DNA of 64,000 nucleotides from Octopus sinensis. Taxonomy: Eukaryota. The DNA is taken from contig NC_043007.1 of assembly GCF_006345805.1 (NCBI RefSeq), positions 73,532,001-73,596,000 of the forward strand, in the 5' to 3' direction. Shown here piece after piece: positions 1-12,100 of this stretch. A program made the translations under genes and the position numbers. The notes under the pieces were generated by a model. The model made no database searches, was not told the DNA's origin, and was given only the letters and a program-made list of their open reading frames with translations. Positions within the stretch are counted from its first letter, which is position 1, and every line of letters begins with the position of its first letter.

Positions 1-19
1 CCTTGCTTAAGTGCATAAC

Positions 20-95
20 ATACTACCAGGAATTGAACTCACAACCTTATGATTGTGAGCCAACTATCCCTAATCACTAAGCCAAGTGCCTTCAT
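20..95 (-). mobile_element. tRNA-derived SINE head, decayed
   Basis: Minus strand shows box A (tggcttagtgatt) and box B (gagttcaattcc) like elements; related pieces at about 2840-3055 and 56340-56545. Confidence 0.5.
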
Positions 96-301
96 TAACC
101 CACTGGACAATGACACTGTTATATGTGTTAAATATCTGAGACTACCTTGTATAGTAAGCACTGAGGTTATTAATAAATATTTTATTACCAGCTTACTACA
201 ATTACTAACCTGTAATTTTTTTGATTTTCATTATTAGTGTGCAAACAGGGACAAAAGCCAATGGCTTTTGCAGACTCTCTGAGAACAGACACTATCATAG
301 C

Positions 302-695
302 CAGGCCTGGTCAACTTGAATTACATTGCAGGCCACTTTAATCACAGAAAGTTTTTGAGGACGACTTGTATACTGACAGAATTGAAAGCATTTTACTTTC
401 TCATGCTATTATTACAATAATGAATGAATGATCATTGATTCAACATGAAATATTATCTTTGCAAAAATAATAATATCTTCCATTATTACCTTTCATCACA
501 GTCTTTAATTTTTGATGAAATTTTAAAAATGTTTGTTTAAATAAACCCATTCAAGAAAGTATCAAGTGGGCTGCAAGATAAAAGTCTGTGGGCTGCATCA
601 TCATCATCATCATCATCGTTTAACGTCCGCTTTCCATGCTAGCATGGGTTGGACATCAAGATAAAAGTCTGTGGGCCTCAGGTTGGCCAGCCCTG
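302..695. mobile_element. hAT-like MITE remnant
   Basis: Imperfect 14-bp TIRs caggcctggtcaac ... gttggccagccctg; no clear 8-bp TSD. Confidence 0.4.
594..656 (-). mobile_element. Ultra-short RTE-type 3'-end insertion with 20-bp TSD
   Basis: (CAT)n + cgtttaacgtccgctttccatgctagcatgggttggac, flanked by caagataaaagtctgtgggc at 574-593 and 657-676. Confidence 0.75.
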
Positions 696-1388
696 ACGTA
701 ACCAATCCAGTGAATCAATCCAAATGTGTATATTACATATCCTCATGATGCACTTACCTCCCCTCTGCATATCATCTTGCCTGGTGACCTCTTATTAAAG
801 CTCAAACTAAATACTTGGTTTCATTCATGTTGCAACATCATCTCCTTGGAACTTCTTTACTATAGGCATCAGCCAGAGAAGTTTAAGTGGAAGATCAACT
901 TAATCAGTCTGTATGACAATAATCATAGATATTACTCTTTCTCTCTTCTAATTAAATATCAAGGTATTACAGTATCAACCAGATTATCGGATGTTGTTAT
1001 ACATTGCTGGTCACAATACACTTACTTACATTATTTGAGCGTTCGAATGATACCAGCCCCCTGGCAAGGCAAGCAGGCCAACATTCCCCCAATTGGAAAG
1101 CTAGACCATTGCAGGGCTACTCATTTACAGCTGAGTGGACTGAGCAATGCTCAAGAACACAATGTACAGCTGGTGTAAGAATTGAAATCACAATCTCACA
1201 TTTATGAGTGCAGCACCCCTGACTAGATATAAAAGCAGTTAAATCAGGTAAGAAGAATTATGTCCTGTACAAGCAGAACAAAGTAATTTCTTCAAATACA
1301 CTGACAAAAACAGTGTAAAATTTACATGACTGTAACTGTGAAATAAATATTTTGAGTTCGTAAAAAATATTTAATTATTATAATACTA

Positions 1389-1665
1389 GGCATGGCTGTG
1401 TGGTAAGAAGCTTGCTTCCCAACTTCATGGTTCCAGGTTCAGTTCCATAGTGTGGCACCTTGGGCAAATGTCTTCTACTATAGCTTTGGGCCGACCAGAG
1501 CCTTGTGAGTGGATTTGGTAGATGGAAACTGAAAGATGCCCATTGTATGTATGTATGTATGTATGTATGTATGTATGTATGTATGTATGTATGTATGTAT
1601 GTATGTATGTATGTATGTATGTATGTATGTATGTATGTATGTATGTATGTATGTATGTATGTATG

Positions 1666-1696
<31 letters not shown>

Positions 1697-1925
1697 TTAT
1701 GTGTGTGTGTGCCTTTGTGTCTGCGTTTGTTCCCCAACCATCGCTTGACAACCAATTTTGTTTACCTCCCTTAATTTAGTGGTTTGGCAAAAGAGACTGA
1801 TAGAATAAGTATCAGGCTTACAAAGAATAAATCTTGGGGTTGATTTCTTTGACTAAAAAAAACCTTTAAGGCAGTGCTCCAGCATGGCCACAGTAAAATG
1901 ACTGAAGCAAGTAAAAAATAAAAGA
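1389..1925 (+). mobile_element. Abundant tRNA-derived SINE (ggcatggctgtgtggtaag family) with central microsatellite
   Basis: Same head and body recur at least 10 times in the window (e.g. 33421, 47750, 63955; minus copies about 23490-23880, 26991-27430, 36220-36610, 57095-57420, 63560-63915). Confidence 0.8.
1544..1696. repeat. (ATGT)n followed by (ATCT)n microsatellite
   Basis: Near-perfect tetranucleotide run inside the SINE. Confidence 0.95.
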
Positions 1926-3289
1926 ATAATATTAAAGTTTAAGACTATTTCAATATCTTATGATCCTAAAAATAATTTCAGTATTTATCTTTTTCTGTCT
2001 ACTTGTTTCACTTATTAAACTGTGGCCATACTGGAGCACATTGGAGGATTCTAATTCAAACAATTCGATTCAGTGAACTTAGATTTACTTAAAGTCTGAC
2101 ACTTATTTTTTTTAAGGTCTCTTTTGTTAAACTGCTATGCAATGGGGACAAACACACACACACACACACACACACACAGATATATATATAGTTGTCTCAT
2201 TAATTGTGACTGATGGTGCAGAGTAGTATCTACATTGTTAGAAATAAAAAAGCACATGTCTATGCACTGACAGGAGAGAGAACCAGATAAACATGTAGTT
2301 TTTTGCAGCTCTAAGGGTTTTTAACTCTTATTTCTAGCAATGTAGGTGTTAACCTGCACCGTCAGTCATAACTGAATTTTTCCTTTTTGGTTTTATATTG
2401 CACATACCTGCCTTCATTATTACACACACACATGCACACACCAGGTTTCCACACAGTTTCCTCCCAAATTCACTCACATCTGTTGACCTAAGGCTATTAC
2501 AGAATACATTTACTCATGGTGCCAAGCAGTGGGACTTAATCTGAAACCATGTGGTTACAAAGCAAGCTTCTTAACCACACAACTTTTGAATTTCAAAGTA
2601 TCATACTAGTATTGAAACTTCGTAATGGTGGTGGATTGCTGGAGAAATTTGGCTTTGCAATGTTTAGTTATAGTCATTTATGTTTTAAATTGAAATCCTG
2701 CAAAAACTGACGCTGCTTTTCAGGTTTTCAGAGTCAATAAAAAATTCAAAATATCAGACAACTACTATGACCAATTAAATTCACTATATCTTCCCTCCTG
2801 TACTGTCTTGGCCCCCTAGGACTCACAGGGATGGTTATCTGGTTTCCATAGAGTATAAGTAACTAAGAACACAACATTCTCCCTGAAAAGGATGCCAGTC
2901 CATTGCCCCAATCCATCTCAACTGAAAATGAGTAACCCTGCAATGTGAAACGAAATGTTTTGCTCAAGAATACAAAGCACTACCCAGTCCAGGAATCAAA
3001 ACCATGATTGCAAGATCTTGAGTACAAAACCTTAACTACTAGGCCACACACAGTTACCCAGGGTTTCCTGGCTGAAATATTAATTTATTTTGCCATTTAT
3101 CAAGCTGTTAAAACAACAAGATGATTTATAAACTGCATTCAATGCAATTAATGTTTGAATGAACACATGCATTGGGAAGAAGACTGAGGGGACGTAAATA
3201 ACTTCACAGTAAATATAATTGGCATAATGTGTCCAGTAGTTTATCCTTATTTTCTGCTAAGATGTATTTTGTGAAATGTGGACATAAAG

Positions 3290-3790
3290 AAAAAATTTTG
3301 CTCCTGGTATTTACACAGTTATTGGAGGTTCTTAAGTCTTTTAACAAATACAGTTGTTCAAGTGAGCATATGGAACATCATTAGACCAATTAATTTAGGG
3401 TTTGAACTTAGAAGGGATCTTCCATTTGATGTTGTAGCAGATGTTCTCATCTTTTAGTCTCTAAATTAATGCCGAGAAGGTTGTTAAATGTCAGTTTCTC
3501 TTCTCCAGGTGTCTAAAGGTTGAAATATAGTTGTTATATCTAGATTTACATTTTCCTTCCACTGATCCAGTATAATGGTCTTGGTCTGGCCATTAATGAT
3601 AGTTTGCTGAGACCTGTGCTTCATAAACAATGGAAGATATGTCATATGCCTGCCCTAGAGGACATTTAAATTTATCACCACATGTGTATCCAGGACAGGT
3701 CTGAGACATTGGTTGTTTACTGATATAAGCCATCACATTAGGAGGCAAGAAAATGTGATTTTAACTGTGCACCTATTAAATATCCTTCTA
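3290..3790 (-). mobile_element. Penelope-like element GIY-YIG endonuclease remnant
   Basis: Decayed CPLGQAYDISSIVYEAQV...HYTGSVEGKCKSRYNNYISTFRH...LKDENICYNIKW, with stops. Confidence 0.65.
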
Positions 3791-3929
3791 TACCTGTGGC
3801 TGCTGGGGAAGTGAATATCTAATAAGTGTAAGAATCCTCTACCTATATAATCCTAACATTTATGGAGAAGAGCAGGGCGAACCATAAAATATCATGGGAC
3901 CTGTTCTTATTACAAGGTTAGGTGGCACT

Positions 3930-4645
3930 GGTGACGACTATGTTCAAATGGTGCTTTTCACATGCCACTTGCATGGGACCAGTCAGATGACACTGGCATT
4001 GACCACACTCGAATGGTGCTTTTTACCTGCCACCGGATGGGTGCCAAGCAGGCGGTACTGTCATCAGCCATGGCAATGACTTTACTTGACTTAACAGGTA
4101 TTCACAAGCACAGTTTATTGCCCAATGATTGAAGGGTACTCTTAAATGGGCCAGTTATGCTGCATTGGCATATGCCACAGATACAGTCTCCTTTGGCTTA
4201 CCAGGTCTTCTCAAGCACAGCATATCTCCAAAGGTCTCAGTCACTTGTCATCTCTTCTGTGAGGCCCAATGTTTGAAGGTCATGCTTCACCACCTCATCC
4301 CAGGTCTTCCTGGGTCTACTTCTTCCACAGGTTCCTTCTACTGCTAGAATGTCACACTTTTTCACACAGCTGTCCTCATCCATACGCAACACATGACCAT
4401 ACCAGTGCAGTTGTCTCTCTTGCAAACCACATCTGATGCTTCTTATGTCCAACTTTTCTCTCAAGGTACTTACATTCTGTCATGTATGCACACTGACATT
4501 ACACATCTAGCTTCATTCCCTGCGAGCTTATGCATGCCCTCATCAGTCACGGCCTATGTTTCACTGCCATGTAGGATGGCCGTTTGCACATATGTGTCAT
4601 TCAGTCTACCTTTTACTCTGAGTGAGAATCCCTTTGTCACCAGCA
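3930..4645 (-). mobile_element. RTE-clade LINE C-terminal/3' fragment
   Basis: ORF 4237-4464: [19 protein letters not shown]...GRSRPRKTWDEVVKHDL. Confidence 0.85.
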
Positions 4646-4647
4646 TT

Positions 4648-4678
<31 letters not shown>

Positions 4679-4683
4679 GTATA

Positions 4684-4742
<59 letters not shown>

Positions 4743-4795
4743 GTATATATATATATCTATATGTATATGTATATATATATCTATATGTATGTATG

Positions 4796-4838
<43 letters not shown>

Positions 4839-4915
4839 GTATATGTATATATATGTATGAATGGTATATATATCTCTGTATATATATATGTATGTATGTA
4901 TGTATATATATATAT
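4648..4915. repeat. Compound (TA)n/(ATGT)n microsatellite
   Basis: Direct reading. Confidence 0.95.
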
Positions 4916-5513
4916 CATTTGTAGAAAACATAAATCTGAAGGAAGAAGCATACTCTAAGATGTAGAGCAGTATATATTAAAAACAGGAAAGGTCACTTTA
5001 TGTGATTCCCTTATTTTTCTGGTCCACAAAGGGTTTAGCTTTATGGCATATCATCAGATCCCAATAAAAAGTGGAGTAGCTGACTTCAAATTGCTCCATA
5101 TTTATGAGAGACCCATGGTTTCTGTAAATATGTACAGGTGTAGCTCTTTATGGACAAGCTAAATATGTTCATGATAAACCCTTTATGGACAGAAAACTTA
5201 AGGTAATCCCATAAACTGGCCTTCCCCATTTTTAATGTGTGTGTGTGTGTGCGCGTGTGTGTGTATGTGTGTGCATGCACGTGTTAATGTATGTGTGTGC
5301 ATGTGCGTGTGTGTGTATGCATGTATACGTGTATATATATATATATATATATATTATATTGAGGGTACTACTATTCGTAGATACCACACGCTAAGAGGGA
5401 CCAATGCGGTCAAAACTACTAAAATAAACAAAATTTTACCGAATGCAAAACCTCTTACGAGGTTTTTCACGCTAACTACTGATAATTTCTTTTAAAGATT
5501 TTATCCTCAATTG

Positions 5514-5559
<46 letters not shown>

Positions 5560-5625
5560 GGGAGTATAACTCCAAACTTACAGGGGAAAATTCAATTGAG
5601 TATTAAATCGAATTTCACAGTATAA

Positions 5626-5828
5626 ATATATAAAATATAAATTAGAGATAAAACCACTATTATGCAACTCAAACAGTGATAGACATAAGCCAATACATAA
5701 ATAACAAATAATATATATTTTTATAAAACATATAACTTATAACTTATAAAAATATATATTATTTGTTATTTATGTATTGGTTTATGTCTATCACTGTTTG
5801 AGTTGCATAATAGTGGTTTTATCTCTAA

Positions 5829-5844
<16 letters not shown>
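5626..5844. repeat. Near-perfect foldback, 101-bp arms, 17-nt spacer
   Basis: 5626-5726 is the reverse complement of 5744-5844 with one mismatch seen. Confidence 0.9.
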
Positions 5845-5868
<24 letters not shown>

Positions 5869-5924
5869 CGGAGATGTACTTGCATAGCAAGTGATTTGAT
5901 CTGAGATCGTGTGCTGAAACGAAA

Positions 5925-6176
5925 ACAATTGCAGCGTGGAATGTGTTTGTAAGCCATTTAAGAAACACACAAAAGCCGTTCGATTCACTTCAACATTTAA
6001 GTTTAATTTGTCAAAATATTTTTGTCGCTTTAAGATGCAGCACGGATTTTTGTCTGTGAACAGGTCGCGGTCTTAAAGCGATGAAAATATTTTGACAAAT
6101 TAAACTTAAATGTTGAAATGAATCGAATGGCTTTTGTGTGTTTCTTAAATGGCTTACAAACACCTTCCACGCTGCA

Positions 6177-6181
<5 letters not shown>
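5925..6181. repeat. Foldback, about 111-bp arms, 35-nt spacer
   Basis: 5925-6035 vs 6071-6181 inverted, a few mismatches. Confidence 0.9.
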
Positions 6182-6245
<64 letters not shown>

Positions 6246-6330
6246 CATTTGATATCTAGATTTTATTGAAATGCAGAGGTACATGGAAACGATGCCAATC
6301 TACATCCCAATGTGATCTAAAAAATTTCCT

Positions 6331-6377
6331 TTACTTTCCTGAGCTATACATAAAAAGTATCTCAGGAATGTCCTCAC
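6331..6377 (-). CDS. Candidate terminal exon of the same gene (second copy 6946-6992)
   Basis: atatttag acceptor, phase-compatible (G)EDIPEILFMYSSGK*, AATAAA at 6262-6267 on the minus strand. Confidence 0.3.
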
Positions 6378-6587
6378 CTAAATATTTCAGTATACCATTG
6401 TCATTGTTCACTTAGTAATATCAACTACTTCCCCAGTCATAACCATGAATTATTTCTAATATATAAATTAAATATTTATTCCGCATAACGAAGGATTTCT
6501 TTCTAATATTTTCAATCAAATAAATCTACTCAGCTAAACTGAGTCTGAATTCATTTGCTGGTAATAGGCTTCTGTCCAAAGGCTCAC

Positions 6588-6650
6588 CTGAATAGTTTTC
6601 TAAAGTGTTATGCTTTAAAATATCCTGACGTAGCTTTGCATTAAATTTTT
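6588..6650 (-). CDS. Candidate 63-nt exon of an unidentified gene (second copy 7203-7265)
   Basis: ttttttttcttttcag acceptor, cag/gtgagc donor, open phase-1 frame KFNAKLRQDILKHNTLENYS; protein not recognised. Confidence 0.35.
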
Positions 6651-6726
6651 CTGAAAAGAAAAAAAATGTACATCTGTTATTTATCACATTTTAACATATA
6701 GCATACGAATACATACATTTGTACAT

Positions 6727-6777
<51 letters not shown>

Positions 6778-6793
6778 GTATATATATATATAT

Positions 6794-6849
<56 letters not shown>

Positions 6850-7357
6850 TATATATATATCATTTGATATCTAGATTTTATTGAAATGCAGAGGTACATG
6901 GAAACGATGCCAATCTACATCCCAATGTGATCTAAAAAATTTCCTTTACTTTCCTGAGCTATACATAAAAAGTATCTCAGGAATGTCCTCACCTAAATAT
7001 TTCAGTATACCATTGTCATTGTTCACTTAGTAATATCAACTACTTCCCCAGTCATAACCATGAATTATTTCTAATATATAAATTAAATATTTATTCCGCA
7101 TAACGAAGGATTTCTTTCTAATATTTTCAATCAAATAAATCTACTCAGCTAAACTGAGTCTGAATTCATTTGCTGGTAATAGGCTTCTGTCCAAAGGCTC
7201 ACCTGAATAGTTTTCTAAAGTGTTATGCTTTAAAATATCCTGACGTAGCTTTGCATTAAATTTTTCTGAAAAGAAAAAAAATGTACATCTGTTATTTATC
7301 ACATTTTAACATATAGCATACGAATACATACATTTGTACATTACATACATACACACA

Positions 7358-7388
<31 letters not shown>

Positions 7389-7404
7389 GTATACACACAA
7401 AAAG

Positions 7405-7460
<56 letters not shown>

Positions 7461-7844
7461 GTATATATACAATGCCTCTTCAAAAAGCAAAGAAAAAGAG
7501 GATGACTATGGACAGCTGATTTGAAAACTCCAGCTTCTATGCTCAGATTATAAATTTACCTTTATACTAAATACTGATAATAAATAGTGCACTTGGATGC
7601 ATGAATAACAATCTACAAAAGTTAGTGTTTTCAGAAAAAGAAATTAACCAGCTAATTTGCCCATTACAAACAGAATTTATAAGCTAAACAGTAAGAATAT
7701 ACAAAACCTTTCTCAAGTTTTAAACATGAATTTCTTTTTGTTATATGCTTTCCAAAGAAGGAAGTTTGTATATTTGTTAGAAACCAGCTCCTTCCTTACT
7801 AAAAGAATTCAAATAATTGAAAATAGAAAAGAGCAAACATATAC

Positions 7845-7892
<48 letters not shown>

Positions 7893-8899
7893 AAACAAGT
7901 TGTCACATTGAAGTGGCAGGTGATATATATATATCTCAATCATCCATAAACACTAATCTGAAAAAAGAAGTTATAGAGCTTTATGGTGTTTCGTCATGGT
8001 GTAACATTATGGTGTATATCTCTCCTGAGAAGCCTTTAGCCAACAGATTTTGGGATCTAATGACAAACCCTTTATGGACATGAAACCTAAGGTGATCCCA
8101 TAAACTGGCCTTATCTAACTTTAAAATATATATATGTATACACACATATATATCAGGAGCGTATATTCAGGGTGTGTTAGGTGTGCACTGCACACTCATT
8201 GAAAATACCAAATTCATTATAAATATTAACCTTATTCATTAATTTAATCACATATCATAATGGAAAATTTTTGTTGTAACCCTGTTTGAAATTTGGTGGT
8301 GGGTGTCCTGAAATAACACTGCACACCTCACAGTGCATTGTATCATAATATGGTACCAGGCGTATGGTAGGATAATGGAAGAAAGGCAAAAAATCGATGG
8401 TGAAGGCTGAGCGACAGCTTTGACTGCATGGTTGCATGCTCATTTTCATGGCGAGAAGTTGTACGGTTTAATTAATTTAAAATTCCTAAACTAAAACTAA
8501 TTTTTTCTTACAATAATTGTACATTTAAAATAATTCAAAATTTCTAACGCAGAGCTAATTTTTTTTACAATAATTTTTTCTTACAATATCATCATATAAC
8601 TTTGATCTTAATTTGTTTTTAAAACTAACAATACACTTTTAGAAGTGAGAAACAAAACTTAGGTCAGTTCAAATTCTGGTGCTGTTAGTGCACCAGACTC
8701 TACAAGTTTGAGCAGTATCAGCTGTTTCCTCATTAGTCACTGAAAACGATTCAATGTGAAAGGTTGGGCATTGATATTTTGTTCAGTGAATTTTGTGATT
8801 TTCTTAGTTGTGTGCTTAGGCATTTTATTTGATATTTAATTAGTGTAGATCTTAAACATCTATTCATATTTTCAATAGAAATACACAGTTTGCATGCTT

Positions 8900-9150
8900 A
8901 ATTTGAATAAAACACAGAAAGTGTGTCAATAGCCAGCTGGAGGAGATGTCTTCCTGGGGCTACAAGCTACAGTAGCATTGACCCTTAAGGGTTAGCCACA
9001 TTTAGGTGGCAAATATACTTCACAATGTTGTGCAGCTATTGTTTATACCTTGCTCAGAGATTTATTATTGCTTGTTTCCCACTTTTTTGAGATCAGTGAC
9101 TTTCCGTCACTGGAAAAAGTATATATATATTTGCACTGAGAACCACTTCC
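8900..9150 (+). mobile_element. Penelope-like terminal-repeat (pLTR) fragment
   Basis: Two blocks match the reverse complement of 30978-31090 and 31215-31290, which flank the PLE RT. Confidence 0.6.
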
Positions 9151-9189
9151 CATCATCAACCGGTGTGTCACTCTTCTGTGTTCGGTTGT

Positions 9190-12100
9190 TGTTGCTCAGT
9201 GAATTTATTTGGTTAATATATTTTTGTTGTTGATTTATCTGTTGAAATTATTATATTTGAGCTCGTTGAAATTGAACTGTTGTTGTTTGGGGCAGAAAAT
9301 TGTTTTTTGCACAACTTTTTTGGAATGTTTTGTACCTGTTGCAGGGTAAAAACTTAATTTTTGTCATTTTTGACAAAAATATTTATGCTTTTCTTTGGAA
9401 TTCAGAAGCCAATTGTAAAAATGGAATCAAATTTGCTTTCGAATACTGAATTTCTGTTCTCAAACGAGGATTTCTCGGTAATGAAAGAAAGTAACCAAAT
9501 TGGTAACCAGGAAGAAAAGGAAAAACCCAGTTTCTCTGCTGCTGCTAATGGTAATTTTTGTGAATTGGAGGTGTCAAAGGAACAACTGTTTAAACTACGA
9601 AACCTCATAAAAAAAAGTGGCAACGAAACAAAACTGTTGCAACCACAGGATATGTTACAGAACTTAACTGCCAGAACGGTAGTCTATAAAATATATTAGG
9701 TTGTCAAGAAAGTTCTTGTGGTTTTTAACCTTTAAATTCAGATGCACATATCTCAGCTCAAACAAAACTTTATTAGTTGAAATAAGCACCATCAGAATCA
9801 ACACACTTTTGCCAACACAAAACATGTTTATTTATGCCAGTAGTGTAAAAATCCTGTGTTCTGGTGGTGCCAGTAGTGTAAAAATCCTGTGTTCTGGTGG
9901 TGATGAAGTCATTGAAGGCGTGTTTGGCATCGTCTTGGTTTTTGAAGCATTTCTCATGCAGGAAGTTGTCGAGATGCTTGAAAAAGTGGTAGTCGGTAGG
10001 CGAGAGGTCTGGTGAGTATGGTGGATGAGGCAGAGTTTCATAGCCCAATTTGCCCAACTTCTGCAGGGTCAGTTGTGCGACATGCGGCTGAGCGTTGTCA
10101 TGGAGAAGAATTGGTCCTTTTCTATTAACCAATGTTGGCTGTTGTTGTCGGAGTTTCTTATGTATTTCATCCATTTGCTGACAGTACTTCTCCACCATAA
10201 TGGTTTCTCCTGGATCCAAAAAGCTGTGATGGATGAAACCGGCCGCAGACCACCAAACAGTCACCATGGCCTTCTTTTGGTGCAATTTTGGCTTTGGGAA
10301 GTGCCGTGGAGCTTTGTCGGCATCCAACCACTGTGCTGAGCATTGCCAATTGTTGTAAAGAATCCACTTTACATTGAAAGTCACAATCCGGTTAAGAAAC
10401 AGATTGTTTTTGTTGCATAAAAGTAGGAAAAATGACACTTCAAAACGGCGTTTTTTTTTTGGGGTTGTTGTTCAATTTTTGCAGCACCCATTTCTCAAGT
10501 ATTTTTGTTTTTCCAATCTCTTTCAAATGGTTGGAAATTGTATACATTACGTCTAATTCAGAAGCAAGCTCTCGAACAGTTGTGCATGAATTGGCTTCCA
10601 CTAAGGCTCTTAGTTGATCGTTGTCAACATTCGATGGCTGACCACTACGCTTATCATCTTCAAGACTCTCATCACCACTACGTTCATGAGTGGTTCCTGG
10701 GCCAAATGCATCATTGATATTGCGAGCTGTTTCAGCAGCTTTTTGCCCTAGCTTGAACTGAAATAAGAAAATTGTGTGAATTTGCTCTTTGTCCATGTTG
10801 TAGTCAACGTTCCGGAAAAATGGCCTAATTATTCAAAAAGAAAAAGAGTAGCATGATTCAATAGAGCGAAAAATGGGGTTTAAAATGATATAAGTCAAAG
10901 TAATTTAATGAAATTTAATTTGAAAATACAACATTTAAAACCAAAATTAAAAATTCCACAAGAACTTTCTTGACAACCTAATATAACCAGAAGGAAAAAA
11001 GAATTATGCCTGTGAGGAATGAAATAGTAGAAAAGTGCCTTGCCCCCATATGGGGAAAAATTACCTATGTCGGTTGAGGACCAAGAAGCACCACTGTTGA
11101 GGCACAATTTGAGAACGCTGAAATAGCAAAAGAAATATCGACCCAAACTCTAAAAAGTGATGAGATAATGTTGCTCCCGACCTACCTAGGCCGGAGAACT
11201 ACAAAAATAACTATAGAGGAAATACCAGCTGGTTAAGACATAACATGGATGGCAGCGGCTGTAATTTATGATGCAGAGGGGGAGATAACAATACTCCAGA
11301 TGAAAAAGAGAGAGGCTCTAAACTGGAAAGGCCAAGCACTTGAGATGGTGGTTTAAGCCTCAAATGATGTGCTTGAATCAAGGTCAGACCGCATTTTTAT
11401 AGAGGAGGGACTAAGCGCTAAAGTATCAGTTGAGGGACATAGAGCCAGATGTTTTAAATGTGGAGAAAAAGGGTACATTCGCTTGGACTGTGAAAAAATA
11501 AAAAAAAAACAAAAAGAAAAAAAGAAAATAACAAGAAAGCAATGGAAAGCATCACAGAAAGTGTCACAGAAAAAGCCGAAGAAAGGGATGAACAAAATGT
11601 AGAAAACACACAACAGAAGGAAGCCGAAGAGGAAATGGAATTTACCACAGTGATTTCACATAAAAGAAAAAAAAGCACATGCCCCAGACTCCCCTCCCCT
11701 GACAAAGAAAATATTTACACACAATGCAAAACACACAGAAAAAATCTCCCCAATCCACCCCCAAGTTGAAACCCGCCACCAACCACCCCGCTCCAAAAAT
11801 GCTCTAAGAGAAAGGATTTCGAAGTACAATGAGAAAAATGATGTTCTTGTGAGAATAATAACTGTGCATAAAAAATTGTATATTTTATGAACAATACAAG
11901 GTATGCCACCGAATATACGGTTGGCAAGGATAGAAGCAGACTTATTTGAACAATCTAAAATGATATACTCACAGGACATACAAGATGTTAACCAAGAGAT
12001 GGCCAATAAACGACTTGTGCTTAGCCCAGCGGCTACACCTCAGAAAGAAAAGGAAGGGGAAGCTGGTGAATTCGTGCAGCCCCTCCCCATGTTCAAAATG

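Larger units (their letters stand above)
6246..7350. repeat. Direct tandem duplication, period 615 bp, bounded by microsatellites
   Basis: About 490 bp of unique sequence (6246-6735) is repeated apparently identically at 6861-7350. Confidence 0.95.

Noticed and set aside
210-278. Possible 69-nt minus-strand exon (ctcag / gttagt)
   Set aside because: Two frames are open and neither is recognisable; such sites arise by chance in AT-rich DNA.
726-1178. 150-aa ORF, and a possible 49-nt minus-strand exon near 757-805 (LSFNKRSPGKMICRGE/gtaagt)
   Set aside because: The ORF overlaps a decayed SINE and has no motif; the mini-exon has a weak acceptor and no recognisable product.
5172-5223. 52-bp segment repeated at 8061-8112
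   Set aside because: Probably one terminus of an unclassified DNA transposon; no partner TIR or TSD found, so nothing further can be supported.
7560-7798. Two possible minus-strand exons upstream of the duplicated cassette
   Set aside because: One has stops in all frames; the other's open frame is phase-incompatible with the 63-nt exon.
8255-8460. CpG-richer patch with gccATG and a 64-aa ORF, possible first exon
   Set aside because: Weak donors, no compatible downstream exon, partly overlaps a repeat.
8705-8745. Hammerhead-like CTAATGA-G-GAAA-CAGCTG on the minus strand
   Set aside because: No stem II, mutated core, and stem I needs two deletions.
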